Of a stretch of DNA of 64,000 nt, positions 1 through 14,154 are shown piece by piece; the stretch's first letter is position 1, and every line of letters starts with the position of its first letter. The notes below the pieces were generated by a model. It was not told the DNA's origin, did not search any database, and was given only the letters and a program-made list of their open reading frames with translations. The stretch is from Lingula anatina (taxonomy: Eukaryota; Animalia; Brachiopoda), in assembly GCA_051362555.1 (NCBI GenBank), contig CM120642.1, forward strand, positions 8,680,001 to 8,744,000, written 5' to 3'. Made by a program: the position numbers and the translations under genes.

Positions 1-279
1 GATCATTTATTTATTTATTTATTATTTACTTCTTAAAACAGCACTTTCAATAATAATATAATTTGTCAACCATTTGTGAATATTTCAAATAATACAGTCT
101 ACATCAGCCATGGCACATCAATTTCATTCCAAATTCATTACGCAAGTCTAGATAAATTTGCCTTATGTAGCATTATAACATATGCCTTATGTAGTATTAT
201 AACATATCCAAATAACTGATCAATATTATAGCAACCTGTATTTTGGTAAGTTATTTCACTGCACAATTCTATTACTTAC

Positions 280-377
280 TGGAAGCCATCATGGGACCCT
301 GTGGCATAACAATTGCTGTCCCCAATATTACATTGTCTGCAAACTGGGTCACACAGTTGCACTTTCAAAGTACCCGC
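280..377 (-). CDS. FAT4: Fat4 coding exon 14 (laminin-G continuation; absent from the ORF track)
   Basis: ttcag|AGTLKVQLCDPVCRQCNIGDSNCYATGSHDGF|gtaagt; phase 0 to 2, open frame. Confidence 0.78.
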
Positions 378-636
378 CTGAAGAATAAGAAAAATATGTT
401 ACATTTGTTACATGCTTATCTAAAACTTTGTTCTACATACAGCTGTAGAAATAACTATTTTTTTTCAATTTGATGAAAATGTCAACAATAGTCACGAGAA
501 TATTAAATTTCCAGGTCAGAAGTTCCAACAAGTAGCCAGTACATAATATTCTTTCATCACACTTTGCAAAAACCTAGTTTGAGTCATAAGCTAAATAAAC
601 ATTACAATTTCTCCTTCAACATGTATCCCATCTTAC

Positions 637-2228
637 CTCTTGAATTCTGCTGACTGTGACCTTGAACCATTTCCCATTGGACACATACTGACCAACTGTC
701 AACTTAGTACTGTCTGTCTCACCAAGGTTGAACGAGAACACAACTCTGCCAGCCACAATCTCTAGGGCCAGGAAGTCAGTGGAACCTGGGTTGTACAGCA
801 GCAGGGCATTTTGCTGTAGTGTGGCAAACTCTAGTACAATGTTATTCTGATCTCTCTGCAGTGGTGACTGGAATTCCATGTAGGAGAGGCTGTGGAAACC
901 TCTCCCTGTTAACTCACATCTGAAGGACCCCACAGTGTTCCTGCACTCACTTCCCGGGCATGGGTTAGACAGGCACTCGTTTACGTCATCACCACAAGTT
1001 GGGCCTGTGTATCCTGCGACACACGTGCATGTTGGTGTACCAGCAATGTCCAGGCAGGTGCCTCCATGTAAACAGACATTATTCCCACAGCTCTGACCAA
1101 TGTCCAGTTCACAATTGGTTCCAGTAAAACCAGCTGGACACTGGCAGTGGTGTGTATGCTGCACAGCTGGGGCAGTAAGGATGAAGGACAGACTGGCCAT
1201 TTGATTATAGGTGGAAAAGACAACAGGGTCATCAGAACAAACACCATTGTTTTGGCATGGGTTACTCTGACAGGGACTCACATTGATTGTGGCAATGATA
1301 ACACCACTGCCCTGTTGAATACTGTTCCTGTTGGACTGGAGAGTGCTTTCCAGAGTTGCTGCTGTTCTGTACTGCCCAGAGCTCTGCTGAATAGCCAGGA
1401 ACAAGTCAAGGTTAGGCCCTCTCTGTAGCAAGTTGTGTAGGACTATAGAATCCCCACTGGTCAAATACTGGGCCAGGGTGCTCTCAAATCTGGTTCTAAA
1501 CGTTCGCAGGAATGTCTCTTGGGTTAAGCCCTGCAGTCTGACCACCAGTGTGTTCTCTAGGGTTGTGTTGTCCACTGTCCTGAATTTGACCAAAGTGGCT
1601 GAAGTCACTCCACTGGAACGGCCATCACTTGAGCTTATGTTCAAAGTGAAATCCTTGGGGCTTTGGACCTGGTTTGCTTGAAGCTGGCAGCTGGAACCAG
1701 AGAAGCTAAACATTGACCTTTCTCCCTGCAGGATTGAGCAGGTGTAGCTTCCAGAAATATCGGGGTCAGTTGGGGTCACATCTGCCACAAGGCCTCCTGG
1801 GAAGTTTCCTTGATAGGCAAACACAGAAACGGTCAGAGGACGTGGAGTTGGAGGGTTGTCATTCAAATCATTCACCAGGACATGCAAAGTTAAAGTGGAC
1901 GTCTGCTGGGGTGAGCCCCCATCTGTGACCTTGATAAGCAGGTCAAGGTTACTGATCTGCTCGCGGTCTAGCCTTGTCGTTGTCCTGAGTGCCCCATTGC
2001 TGCTCTGCAGTTGGAAATAAGAGCTATATTGATTGGGTACAAGGGAGTACGTGTAGGGGCCTTGATTGGGAGGCAGATCTGGATCTGTGGTGTGTGAATC
2101 CAGCTGGATCACCACTGGTGCTTGCTGGGGATCCTGTTCTTCTGTGACATAAGCTGTGAGGTTCTGTGGCTGGAAGATGGGGCCGTTGTCATTGACATCA
2201 TCCAAGCTTATGATGACATTGGTAGAGC
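637..2228 (-). CDS. FAT4: Fat4 coding exon 13 (last cadherin repeats, EGF repeats, start of laminin-G)
   Basis: tacag|GSTNVII...CQSNPCQNNGVC...SRIQE|gtaaga; phase 1 to 0. Confidence 0.92.
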
Positions 2229-2582
2229 CTGTAAAATACAGTAACAAGTGAATTAATTTTATCATGAAATATATATAGTGTTGGCAAATGGAATAAAATA
2301 TTGAAAAAATGCTGACAACAGCTGCAATAGGTTTTTCAACTCGTTTCTCTTATTAAGAATATTAAGACTCAAAACAAAGAATAATAAATTGAACTAGATT
2401 GCTAACATATACAATAGTATCCCTTCACTAATATGTTTTAACTGTACAGTAAATATTTGATTTAACAATTCACACAACTACTATAAACTAACATCCTAGA
2501 ACCCTGTAGGTTATCCTCAGTACATGTATTTCACAGTGAGAAGGAATGATTAAGTCCTTGGTATTACAAAAGATATAATTAC

Positions 2583-4030
2583 CTGTCTGTGGTGGAGAAC
2601 CCGTGTCAATGGCCACAACAGTGATGTTATACACAGGCAGAGTCTCCCTGTCAAGTCTGGCTCCAGTGGTCCTCACCCAGCCAGAGACGGGCTCAACACT
2701 GAATGCTCCGCCATCGTTGCCACTTTCAATGGAATAGCTAAACTGGCGATCTGATGTCTGGAGGTCGTTGTCGCTGGCTGACACACGTACTACGTTCTGT
2801 CCCGCTCCCGCGTCTTCACGCACATTCCCAGTGTATTCAGTCTCTGTGAACAAGGGTGGGTCATTGGCATCTTCCAAGCTGATATACACCGTGCATGTGT
2901 CTGTGTCGTTACCACGCACGCTGCCTGGGTTCTTGGCCATGACTGTTAGGGTTACTGATGACATCACTTCTCGATCTAAAGGGGTCTCAACGATAATAGT
3001 CCCTCGCAGACTGTCGATCTTGAAACCTTTCCTGTTGCTGCTGCCCACCAAGAAATAATATACCACCCCTTCTGTGCCCTGGTCGCTATCCAAAGCTGTC
3101 ACGGCACCAACTTGTTGCCCTGGGCGGGCAGACTCGCTGACAATAAACTCATAACGTCTGCGAGTAAACTTGGGGTAGTCCTCATTTGCTCCAGTGACAT
3201 GAACATTGAGCACGGCTGTCGATTCAAGGCTGGTTCCTGGATTTGTTGCCCTGACAACCATAGTATATAGTTTCTTCGTCTCGTAGTCCAAGTCAGTTTG
3301 AGTTCTGATGACCCCAGTCTCTGCATTAATGGTGAAGCCTGCCCCTCCTTCAAGACGGTACTCCACATCTGCATAGGCATTGGAGTCTGCATCAGTGGCG
3401 TGGGCTACGAAGACTGTGGAACCACGCGGTGAATTTTCCAAGATGTAGGTATCGTAGGTCGACTGGTTGAAGACGGGTGGGTTATCATTGATGTCAGTGA
3501 GCTGTATTATGAAGGCCGCACTGGACTGCTTGGAAATCAGACCTTTGTCTTTAGCTGTGATGGTCAGGTTTATGACAGGAGTGGTATCATAGTCCAGAGG
3601 TTTGGCTATTGTCACCATCCCCGACGTCTCCCCAATGGCAAACCACCCTTGAGGATCACCACCAGTGATATGGTACTCCACCTGCCCGTTAATCCCCTGG
3701 TCATCATCTTGGGCAGACAATGATGCCACAACATTACCCACACGGCGATTCTCAGGTATGGTGGCCCGAAAAGTGGTGCTGTTGAATCGTGGCGTGTTCC
3801 TGTTGACGTCGGTGACACTGAAGTGGACTGTGACATCTGCACTCTGGGGTGGAGTGCCTTTGTCCGTAGCCCTGATGACCACTACAAAGTCCCTATTTCG
3901 CTGACCAGTGAGAGACTGGGCCACACTGATCCACCCTGTGGTTGCATCCACAGTGAAAAAACTTGTCCCATTGTAGCCAGGAAGTGACTGGTACCCAACC
4001 TCTGCATTAACACCATAGTCCAGGCTGTCA
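2583..4030 (-). CDS. FAT4: Fat4 coding exon 12
   Basis: ttcccag|DSLDYGVNA...SPPQTG|gtaatt; phase 2 to 1. Confidence 0.92.
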
Positions 4031-4298
4031 CTGGGAAAAGAGAAGATTGTCGTTATGCAGCAGTAGCAGAAAAATTGAGCACAACAAATCCACAATTTTA
4101 TTTTAACAATTTTGACATTGTTCTAATGAATTACTTGATAATTTGTAATGAGTGTGCAATCTGTCTCTAGCAACCATCTGCTGACCAGGTAGCATTTCAA
4201 TTTTAGTATTTCAAAGGACAGCCACTTTTTTATACATCTTAAAAAACATTACTAAAAGTTTTACCCAAAATTACCCAAATCCCACTTTGTATACTTAC

Positions 4299-5071
4299 AC
4301 TGCCTCTGTCCTGACCACCCTGGTCCCCATTGAGGTATTATCTGGCACTGGGGTGAAATAACTGGTCTTATTGAACACAGGAGCATTGTTGTTAGCATCC
4401 TCTATGTTAACAGTGACCACCACCTCTGTGGATCTTCTTGGCACACCTTGATCACTCGCCACCACAATCAGCTGGTGTCGATTGGAGGCAAGGGAGGCAG
4501 GATCAAAGGTCAATGGTTGCTTGGAGAAGATGGAACCACTGTCTGCGTTGATGTCAAAGAATTCAGAGATCTGTTTCAAGGAGTACTGCACCATGGAGTT
4601 GGGTCCGGTTTCATCACGATCCGTTGCAGTCACAGTCCCAACAGGGCTGCCCTGTCTCTGCAACTCCTTGAAATTAAATGAGTAGGGCGTATTTGAAAAC
4701 TGCGGAGCATTGTCATTCTGGTCTTCTATGGTGATGGAGACCCTGGTTGTTATCCTCCATGAGCCGTCCAATGCCTGTACAGTCAATGTATATTGGTCTT
4801 TAGTCTCACGATCAAGAGATCCAGCCACTGTCACATTCCCACTTATTTCATCTATGGCGAATTTATTGTCAGGGTTTACTATTAGAGAATAACGAGCGAT
4901 GGCGTTGGCTCCAATGTCAAGGTCGGAGGATGTTATTCTCATCACGAAGGCACCCACATTTGCATTCTCTTGAATGGTTCCTCTGAAGATCTTGGTGAAC
5001 TGAGGTGGATTGTCGTTCTTGTCAGCTACTGTGACATCCACAGTGGTCTGAGCTGTTCTTGGTGGTGTACC
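4299..5071 (-). CDS. FAT4: Fat4 coding exon 11
   Basis: tttag|GTPPRTAQTTVDVTV...RTEAV|gtaagt; phase 0 to 2. Confidence 0.92.
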
Positions 5072-5291
5072 CTAAAAAACAGAAATACACTCTTTTTAAA
5101 ATGTTGCCTTAATTGATGTTCTTTATCTCATTATTCTTAAAAAACCTATTAAATAAAACAATTATTATCCAGTAATGCATAACGGCATACCTGGGCAATT
5201 TTAAACTTGTGTACAGATTTTAGATTGAAACCATATTTTGATTAAATATTTTTTACTCTTTGAAAATGGATATTAGAGATACTATACTGAC

Positions 5292-5921
5292 CTGATCAGC
5301 GGCCTGGATGACCAGCACATAATGATCCACCTGCTCACGATCCAGACTGTCCACAGTGGAAAGACGTCCATTAGTAGGATTAATACTAAATATGTTGCCG
5401 ACATTGCCAGACACTATGGAATAGGTCACCTGACCATTGGGTCCCGAATCAGCATCCGTGGCTGAGAGTGAATCCAGCACAACTTCTCCTCCCTGTGGAT
5501 TGGACTCGAGAATACTGACATTGTACACAAATCTCTCGAAGACAGGGCTGTTATCATTGACATCAGTCACCGTTATACTGAGCATGATGTATGAAGATAA
5601 GGGTGGTTGGGAGCCATCCCGAGCTTCAATCCATAGCGAATACCCAGTCACTGCTTCGTAATCTAGAGGTCTCATCAGAGTGACGTTACCCAGAGTTTGG
5701 CCTATAGCAAAGGTCTTCCTGATATTCCCAGCTGCGATGTGGTAAGTGATACCTTGTCCCGATGGAGCGGTGGCAGAGACGGTTGTTATCGTGTTGCCTA
5801 CTGGGGTGTTTTCTGATTGGCTGAACTGGCGCGCTGAGCTGCTGAATGTTGGATATTGAGAGAGCGGTGCTGACTGGAATGTAAGCTGCACTTCAGCAAT
5901 ATCCATCCTTGGTGGTTGACC
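5292..5921 (-). CDS. FAT4: Fat4 coding exon 10
   Basis: ttcag|GQPPRMD...QAADQ|gtcagt; 630 bp, phase 0 to 0. Confidence 0.92.
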
Positions 5922-6293
5922 CTGAAATAGAACAAAAAACTCCTTGTTGAACATGTTGATTATATTGGGGTTGGTGTAAATGCACATGAAACGGACACAA
6001 GAAAAATTAAATGCAAAAACAACAGTTATTAAAAATAAAAGTTAACTGTAATATGTGTATGTATATGTTTAATATCTTTTCAAGATAAACACAAAATATG
6101 AAACTCACCAAACTACTATTTACAAAGACTTAAATGATCGCAAACAGTAAATATGAAGTATTACTAATAATCTTACAGCCTTAAAACATTGATACCTTTC
6201 TAGTTATTACAAAACAAATCACTGAAATCTTCCAGTAAAACTTAAAATGATGATAATAATCTAAAATCAAGATCTTCAGTAAAATAAACCTAC

Positions 6294-6490
6294 CTGGTCG
6301 GAAGCAATTACACTAAATCTTAATCCTCGTGGAAATGAAGATGCCATTAATCCGTCTTTGGTGGTCAAGACGCCAGTCTGTGGATTTATGTTGAAGTATA
6401 GAGTATCTGGGTCATCTGACAAAGAGTAAACTATCTGCCCATTGGATCCAACATCTTTGTCAATGGCCGTCACGCCAGCGACGAAGTCAG
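6294..6490 (-). CDS. FAT4: Fat4 coding exon 9
   Basis: ttccag|ADFVAGVTAIDKDVGSNG...IASDQ|gtaggt; phase 1 to 0. Confidence 0.9.
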
Positions 6491-6736
6491 CTGGAAGAAT
6501 GTCTGTTTTGATTAGTTATATACGGATATATTTTTGATCATCATATCATGTGACGTTTTTAAAACGAAAAATTTTCAATAAAAAACTAACCACAAATATG
6601 ATATGACATGAACTTCAGGTATCATTTATATCATAATTTTCAAGGTTAATCAACACAGCAATTCTTATAAGAATTTGATTTCAAATTTCGTTTGTGTGTG
6701 TGTTTTCACTTGCATGTGTGTAAAGTAAATATCTAC

Positions 6737-6987
6737 CTGATGTGGTTGGGTCCCGTATGTAGTAACTGAACAGGTCTTTCTCAAACTGTGGGGCATTGTC
6801 GTTCACGTCTGTCACCTGCACCGACACCGTGGCAGTGCTGGACCTGGGAACAATGCCACCATCTGTTGCCACGACAACCAAGGTGTATGCCTCCTGCTCT
6901 TCTCTGTCCAGTGTTTCCACGGTAACAATTTGCCCGGATACGGGATGGATGGTGAAGGGATTTCCAGGAAAGCTTTGTATGTGATAC
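6737..6987 (-). CDS. FAT4: Fat4 coding exon 8
   Basis: tgcag|YHIQSFPGNPF...LDRE...DPTTS|gtagat; phase 2 to 1. Confidence 0.9.
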
Positions 6988-7251
6988 CTGCAATATAGAA
7001 TAGCATTCATTGCACACACAGAGACCTCAGAGATAAGTAAACACTGTTCAGCTAAATATGAACTAACAGGCCTTGTTTCACTCCACCTGAAGTTTTAATC
7101 ATGATCTGAAATTTTCTCAAAAACTGAATTCACTCAACATCTGAGATGTGTACCAAAACAAGGTGATCTGTTCACTTTGAGGATCAGCTTTTCTTCAATA
7201 ACTTTCATCAAAGTAAAAATTCACCCTCAACAATAATTTTCCCCAACTTAC

Positions 7252-7432
7252 GTTATAGCAGCATTATTCCCAGTGTCGTAATCCACAGCATACACCTGTT
7301 CTACTGGTGTGTTAGGAGGTAGATTCTCCCGTATGCTCACTGCATAGTGTGTGCGCACAAAGGTGGGCGTGTGGTCGTTCACGTCCTGAACAATTACTGT
7401 GATCTTGCCAGTGCCTGTCAGCTGAGGAGAGC
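7252..7432 (-). CDS. FAT4: Fat4 coding exon 7 (absent from the ORF track)
   Basis: ttccag|GSPQLTGTGKITVIVQDVNDHTPTF...NNAAIT|gtaagt; phase 1 to 2. Confidence 0.9.
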
Positions 7433-9447
7433 CTGGAAATAAAGAGATTGTAGCTCTATTTAGCTAAATGAACCAAAGCCTGAAGTGATGTTTTTATTTG
7501 TCTAAATTCGTACTTTTTACAGCAAAACGTGGCAAACCTTAAACTCTTTTTTACTTACTTCTTAATTTGTTCTCTTTACTTTAACTATACGTTAAAAATC
7601 CAAAACAGGTTTTTTACTCTATCTGTTCTATTAGCAAAGCTTTTGAAGTAAAAAAAGATAATTTATGTTAAGTGCAACAATATAATAACTAACTAATCAC
7701 TATTTAACATCTAGCTGAAGGAATAAATGGAAATATGCTAAAAGAGAAGAAACAGACGGTTCCGCTACCAGGAACGAAACTTTTTTTCAGCCCAGTGCCA
7801 AAATTGGCATTAAAAGGCACTAACACTACAAGCTTACAATAAATCATAAACATCATGCACACCCATCAATCAATCCCAAACATTTACTCTCAAATCGTAC
7901 TTTGCCTTCATCTAGCCAGGACATTTTTCAGCTCTGCAGCTCAAAAAACGTAAAACCAGAGGCAAAAAATTCCAACAGACAACTGGCAGATTTTATTGCA
8001 CTACAGAAAGGACATATTGTTACAAATAACAGTTATTTCATTACAGCTGATGTCCCTGGCCCAGACGCTAATAGCTGTTCATGTAGGCAACATTCAGTAT
8101 TATTTTCCCACTGTAGCCGACAGCTTGGGAAAAGAAAAACATGGAAGAACTTCAAAAACCAAATTCCAACTGTTTCAAACATTTCTCTGGTTTTGAAATA
8201 TCAAAATGAACATGTCATAGGACAATTCTGTGCAAGCCTGTATCATGTAAACTTTAGGACAAAGAATTCATGGATTGCAAGGCTCCAAACAAACCAATTC
8301 CAAACGCCTAGCGTCCTTGATGAGTGGGCTTCCTGAACTTCTTGAGGTGCCGAGACAAATAAATGTTCTTCAAGAAAAATAATACCCTAGAAACAGAGGT
8401 AAACAAAAATGCTGTTGTGAGGGCAACAAATTCCATTTCTAGGCAACAAGAGGGAAAATATTTACATTTGGTTAGTCGACTGTGGCCCTGTCACAAACAA
8501 GCCTGGAACTATGATATGCCCCTAATGGGAACAAAGTCGTGTTCAGGAATGTTTACACAGGCAAACTAGGTTGTTTCAGGGGAAAGCCAGGACTGAGACA
8601 AATGACACCTCTAAATTTAAAGGACAAGCTGACTGCATTATGTCATGCATAGCGTTTGCCTTGAGACAAAGCATAAACACCTGATTAAAATGCTCATCCA
8701 TGGAGTATGCTGGTTTCGCACCAGGTTCAAGTCACAGACAATCCAGATTTTACCTCATGTAAACTTTGCCTCATTTCTTGAGAATGGGAACAAAGTCATG
8801 TTACAGCAGCAATCCCCTCAACCATAAAACAATATCAGCCGTGTGATATATATGTGAGAGTACTTGAAACAAAATAATATCCCAAGTCTACTGCTTTTAC
8901 CCAAAATCTGTTTTAAAAATGTGAAGGTTAGAGCTATCAATCAAAAGGAAACCTGTGCTAAATGTGTTCTATGTGTTCTAAGTGTTGAAAGAAAAGTCCC
9001 CTTTTGGCTGTTTTTGTGGCATTTAAGTCAATCCCATTGCTGTTTAACTGGACTTGCTAACAAAATGTACAATTTATTCTGTGTAGTACCAATTGGACAA
9101 CTCAATGCAAAAAAACTGGCAGCTTTTTTTTTCTTTCTAAGTAAAAATCACCATTTGTCACTGCTGACTTGTGCAAATTCCAAAGGCTATACTTCAAGCT
9201 ATACCCTGTCCTGACTTGGAAGGGCAAGTTCCAACTGCTTCAGCATATACAGTAATCTGTGGAAACTGTCATGTGTTGTGGGGTGGATAGGTTGCCAATT
9301 ACTCAAAACCTAAGTGATGTTGAAGCTTTGGGGGAGCATTCCTTCACTGACAGATAGTCATGAGAAGAAATGAAATGATAATATGAGAAGAATGAAAACT
9401 TAACCATATCTCATTTCACCATTAAACCCTCTATAACACAATTTACT

Positions 9448-9451
<4 letters not shown>

Positions 9452-9484
<33 letters not shown>
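9452..9484. repeat. (TC)n microsatellite
   Basis: Pure TC run. Confidence 0.95.
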
Positions 9485-9485
<1 letters not shown>

Positions 9486-9530
9486 AGATGTATAAGTCTG
9501 TCATTAAATAATAACATAACATTAGCCTAC

Positions 9531-10437
9531 CAGAGTCATAAGCTGTAATGACCAGCTCAAACTGGTCCCTGGTCTCTCTGTCCAATGTCCTGGTGGCAGT
9601 GACCAGTCCAGTCTGAGTGTCCAGCCTGAAGATATCTCCCACCCCTTGAAGTAACCTATAGGTAACCTGGTTGTTTGGTGGGGAGTCTGCATCGTAGGCT
9701 TCAACCTTGCAGACAAAGACGGGAAGATCTGAGGCCGGAACACCTTCCTGAACGTATGCTATGTATGGGGAGTCGCGGAATGTTGGGGTGTTGTCGTTAA
9801 CATCTGTGACCTCGATGGTGACAGTTGCCGTGTCATAGCGTGGCTCTATTCCGCCATCTTCTGCCCTGATCTGAAGAGTGTACGACCTGACACGTTCATA
9901 GTTGAGTTTCTTCTGAACGCTAAGTTCCCCAGTATGAGAGTCCATCTTAAAGTCGCCATTACTATCTCCACTAAAGATGAAGTATCTCGTTTCTCCATTC
10001 AGCCCAGCATCACGATCAGTCGCACTGACTTGCTTCAACAGAGTACCAATGGCGGCATTCTCGGAAACAGTTGCTTGATACTCTCGTGGATCAAACACAG
10101 GATTGTTATCGTTCTTGTCACGGATGTGCACGGTGATGGTCTGGTGTGATGACCGCGGGGGCTGACCTTTGTCCGTAGCTGTGATGTCCAGTATATAAGT
10201 ATCCTTAGTTTCTCTGTCCAGGTTCCCACTGACCTTCAACAAACCATCACCAGGACCCAGGGAGAACATGTTACTGGTGAGATGGTAGGCGACATAGCTG
10301 TTGCGTTCTGCGTCAGGATCCAGGGCGGTGACTTTCATGATGGTGGTGCCCACTGGCATGTTCTCTGATACCCAGGTCTCGTTGCGAGTAGTGAATACAG
10401 GAGCATTGTCGTTGACGTCTTTGAGGATGACACTCAC
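9531..10437 (-). CDS. FAT4: Fat4 coding exon 6
   Basis: tttcag|VSVILKDVNDNAPVF...TAYDSG|gtaggc; phase 0 to 1. Confidence 0.92.
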
Positions 10438-10683
10438 CTGAAATGATTGTAAAATGTAGATTTTTTATTTAGTTACCTTTTTTAGCAAAAGAATTATCAC
10501 AGGCCTTATAGTCTAAAAGTTTGTTTCCAAATCTCAGCTTAGATATCACATTTTGTATCAATAACAAAAACTGCTTTTAATCCAAATGTCTATCTTTTCA
10601 TGAAAAAAAAGGGGGGGGGGGGATAACATTAACAAGACAATGGGTCTATCTTTTTACTGGAAATAAAGGATCACCATCCTTAC

Positions 10684-10874
10684 TTGTGTTGTCCCTTGAA
10701 GTCTATTATTGGGATATTCTGCCATATCAGAAGCCTCAACAGTTAGGGTGTAGAAAGGCATAGTCTCCCTGTCCAATGGCAAGCTAGAATAGATGGTTCC
10801 ATTTTTGGGGTCGATCCTGAACTGTCCAATGGGGTCTCCCGAGACAATGGAGTAGACAATTTCACCATTTGTTC
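10684..10874 (-). CDS. FAT4: Fat4 coding exon 5 (not in the ORF track in its true frame)
   Basis: tttcag|GTNGEIVYSIVSGDPIGQFRIDPKNG...LDRE...LQGTTQ|gtaagg; phase 1 to 0. Confidence 0.9.
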
Positions 10875-13800
10875 CTGAAATTGAATTGGAAAATACTTAT
10901 TATATTCACAGAGCCAAAAACATAAGGGAATGGTCAAAATATATTATATTGCTTTGTGCAAGCAGTCGCGTATTGACTCAAATTTTTTTGTTTTTGATTT
11001 GGGTTAATTACTTGTTTTGTAACTCTATGTTAAATATCAGGTAAAACATGGTGTATGCTGGCTTTGACTTTCTTTTACTAAAAAATGTAACAAATGGGAG
11101 CTCAGAAATTTTTTTCGATCTTGATTATGTACGTTCAGGTAGGTCTTTACCAGACAGATTAAGAGGAAAGCTGGTGGATTTGGGTGGCCTGTTACTCCTA
11201 ATCCGTTACTACATAAACCACGACAAAAAATGTCCATCTAAAACTGATACACAACATCAATCTCTGTCAACTAGGATCTTCCACCTGAGTTTATCTCTGG
11301 TAAACATCGCAGCAAAAATGTGGCTAAGGTTATAAATTCCCTCAATCCTGCTAACCAAAGTTAACCGTTAACAAACATGGCTGCCTCATTCCAATTGTTT
11401 TACAGTAAGTTTGCATGATAAATAATGATTTATTAAGTTCCAACCGGCAAATCGAAAAAAAAAAAAAAGGAAAAAAAAAAGAAAAAAAAATTTAATCTAT
11501 AACTCCCTCAAAAAACTTCTTTGAAGTAAATTCAATCAGGCGCCTGCTAATCTTTTCCCTGATACCAGTCCCCCTATCACAAGTAAACACATCAATACGG
11601 TTGACAAATAGGGTATTAAAATGTACTGCTTGCTGAATAACTAGAATGCTATGCCTCTGCAGTATCTAATAGCATTTTTTCCTCTTGATCAGGCAGGCAA
11701 TCTACTTGGATTATCCCCACACATAGATCTTAAGTTATGTTCCCAATTCTCCACTACAATTTACTGGTCACATTCCTGTTTGGGAAGTAATCTCATTTCA
11801 AAATATACATAGATGGCTTAACGCCCCTTCATCTTTAGAAAATAATCTCAATGAGCATTTTAGAGCTTTGATTAAAACTTTATAGACTTTATCCATGAAT
11901 GGTTTGAGTTAAGGTTTTCTAGATGCTCTTTTTTTCCCCCAAGTTTGGGTACATACAAGTGCAAACTTCATTTTGACAATGGATTTTTTTTTCAATTATA
12001 TTGACTTGTTGACCCAATTTGTCCAAAATGATTAGTTTCTACTCATCTGAAACATTCTTTCTTATTTATTGACCCCCCTCGAGGGCAATTGATTCCCATT
12101 TTTATTTCCTTGCTATGTACATGTTTGCACCACATTGATCCTGTTGGGGAAACGATTGATTAGTTTTTGGTACAAACATTTTTGGGTCACACTGCTGATA
12201 AAAAGTTCTGTCAACCGTACACCTACTTAACAGGAATCTGTTTGATCTTCACCTTGCTACACTTAGTGATAGTAGCCTAGGTAAAGACATGTATACAGTG
12301 AGTACTTTAAGAAGATCATAACTCCCAGTTTTCTCTTCTCTCTTTCTTTCTCCCCCTCTCTCTCTTTTATTTGTCTCAAATCATTACCTCTCAAAAATAA
12401 TGATTGTGGCACAATGCGTTTGGTTTTTCCCCCTAATTAACAAATGAAAATCCACTAATGATTTGACAATCTTCCTCACTTATTAAGTATACTTATGATA
12501 ATCCCCTATCTTAATCCAGATGACTTATATCTAAATGAAATATAATTACCATGTGATGCTTGTAAGTGTAACACATTAACGATTATTGATGAAAATCCTA
12601 ATTCGACTCTTCATATGACCAAATATTATTGCTTTTCCCTTCATAAACATCTAACAGGGGCCACACATGACCTTAGTTCTAAAATACACCCTGATATTTT
12701 CATTCCTTGCTCTGGTACCTTTCCCAATGTTTACAAAACACATCAGAGTAAACAACAAGGTGATGTTTTCACAACAACTAAATGTTAATATCCCTGCCTC
12801 TGAGACTGAGACTACCCAGAATTACAGAGAGTTAGATGGCAACTTTTTAAGTCTTCATGTAGAACTCTACAGGCCTATTCAGAACTGCACTTAATTCCAC
12901 TAGGAAGAAATTAACTATATGTCCTAAGAAACCAGATTGCTGTGACTTGAGTTTTTTTTTCCATTTTAGGTGCTCTTTGGTCACATCAGCTGGGGACTGT
13001 TTTACAAAATGATTAAAGTCCATAGTCAGCCTTAGCAAAGAGGCTAAGAATCTAAGTTGACTAAGTTGCATTTCATATAGATATCTACAGGACAACTTAC
13101 CTCATTATTCAGACTTATAACCAAGTCATCACACCAAATACTTATTGACATGGCACTAATTCTAACTCACAGAGGTGACAACTTTTTGGAGGTATTTCTA
13201 GCACATCTATTGTAACACAATATATTCACATGTTATTAGACTAATAGTGAAGAAACACGGACTTAACTTGGCATACATTCCAAGTTTGGCACTCCAAGCA
13301 TAAGCCAAAAATCCAAGTCTATATATGAAACTGCCTCTTTAAGCCTCAAAACTTTGGGTGGTCAGAGCCAGAAAGCAGCTGGCATACTGCAGTATGCAGT
13401 GATCAGATATGCTGTGGTTTTATACTGCTGACCTACCACAGGCAATACTGACATTTTATGACATTTTTCCTGTGAACATCCAGTGCACTTCACCCCTCAC
13501 AAACACATTAAAACAAGATGGATGAAGTTGATTGAGGAGGCCAAAGATAAAGGTGTCCTGTAGAAAATCTTTTTTTATGACAGATTTGACACATCAGCAG
13601 ATCCATTCTAAAGAATGAAATTTCAATTCCAAGAACATCAATCTTCTACACCCTTTTTATTTTTTTCTTTAATATTTTTACATCTACTATCCCTGATGAG
13701 ATCACCAGCCAAACTAGCACCTCTACAAGTTATTCATGTCAACTATACCACCATATTACCACGTATGCCTTCTTCATAGGCTTATACTTGACTAATGCAG

Positions 13801-13890
13801 TTGTAGTTATAAGTTTGCAGCATTTTTTAAAAAATAATTTTTATCCAATGAGTACAAAGTTAAACTAAAATAAATCTTTCTCAAGATTCA

Positions 13891-13891
<1 letters not shown>

Positions 13892-13934
<43 letters not shown>
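13892..13934. repeat. Poly(A) tract (43 nt)
   Basis: Homopolymer just inside Fat4 intron 4 (poly-U on the transcript). Confidence 0.95.
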
Positions 13935-13937
<3 letters not shown>

Positions 13938-13949
13938 CCCAACCCTCAC

Positions 13950-14154
13950 CTGTGTCTGTGTCTGAGGCACTGACAGTCACTATACTGGTGCCAACTGTGA
14001 CGTTCTCAAACACCTCCACACTGTAGGTAGAGGGGTCGAAGACTGGAGCGTTGTCATTGGTGTCCTTTATGTTCATGTAGACCACTGCGCTGGATGAGAG
14101 GTTGGCAAAGACGCCGGCATCTTCAGCGAACACAGTCAAGGTGTAGATCTGAGT
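13950..14154 (-). CDS. FAT4: Fat4 coding exon 4
   Basis: tcacag|TQIYTLTV...DTNDNAPVF...DTDTG|gtgagg; phase 0 to 1. Confidence 0.9.

Noticed and set aside
7902-9214. Plus-strand ORFs of 60-144 aa in Fat4 intron 6
   Set aside because: No recognisable domain or exon structure; several start at non-ATG codons; consistent with chance.
12989-13160. Possible degenerate MITE starting CTGGGGACTGTTTTACAAA
   Set aside because: No convincing matching right TIR or TSD.
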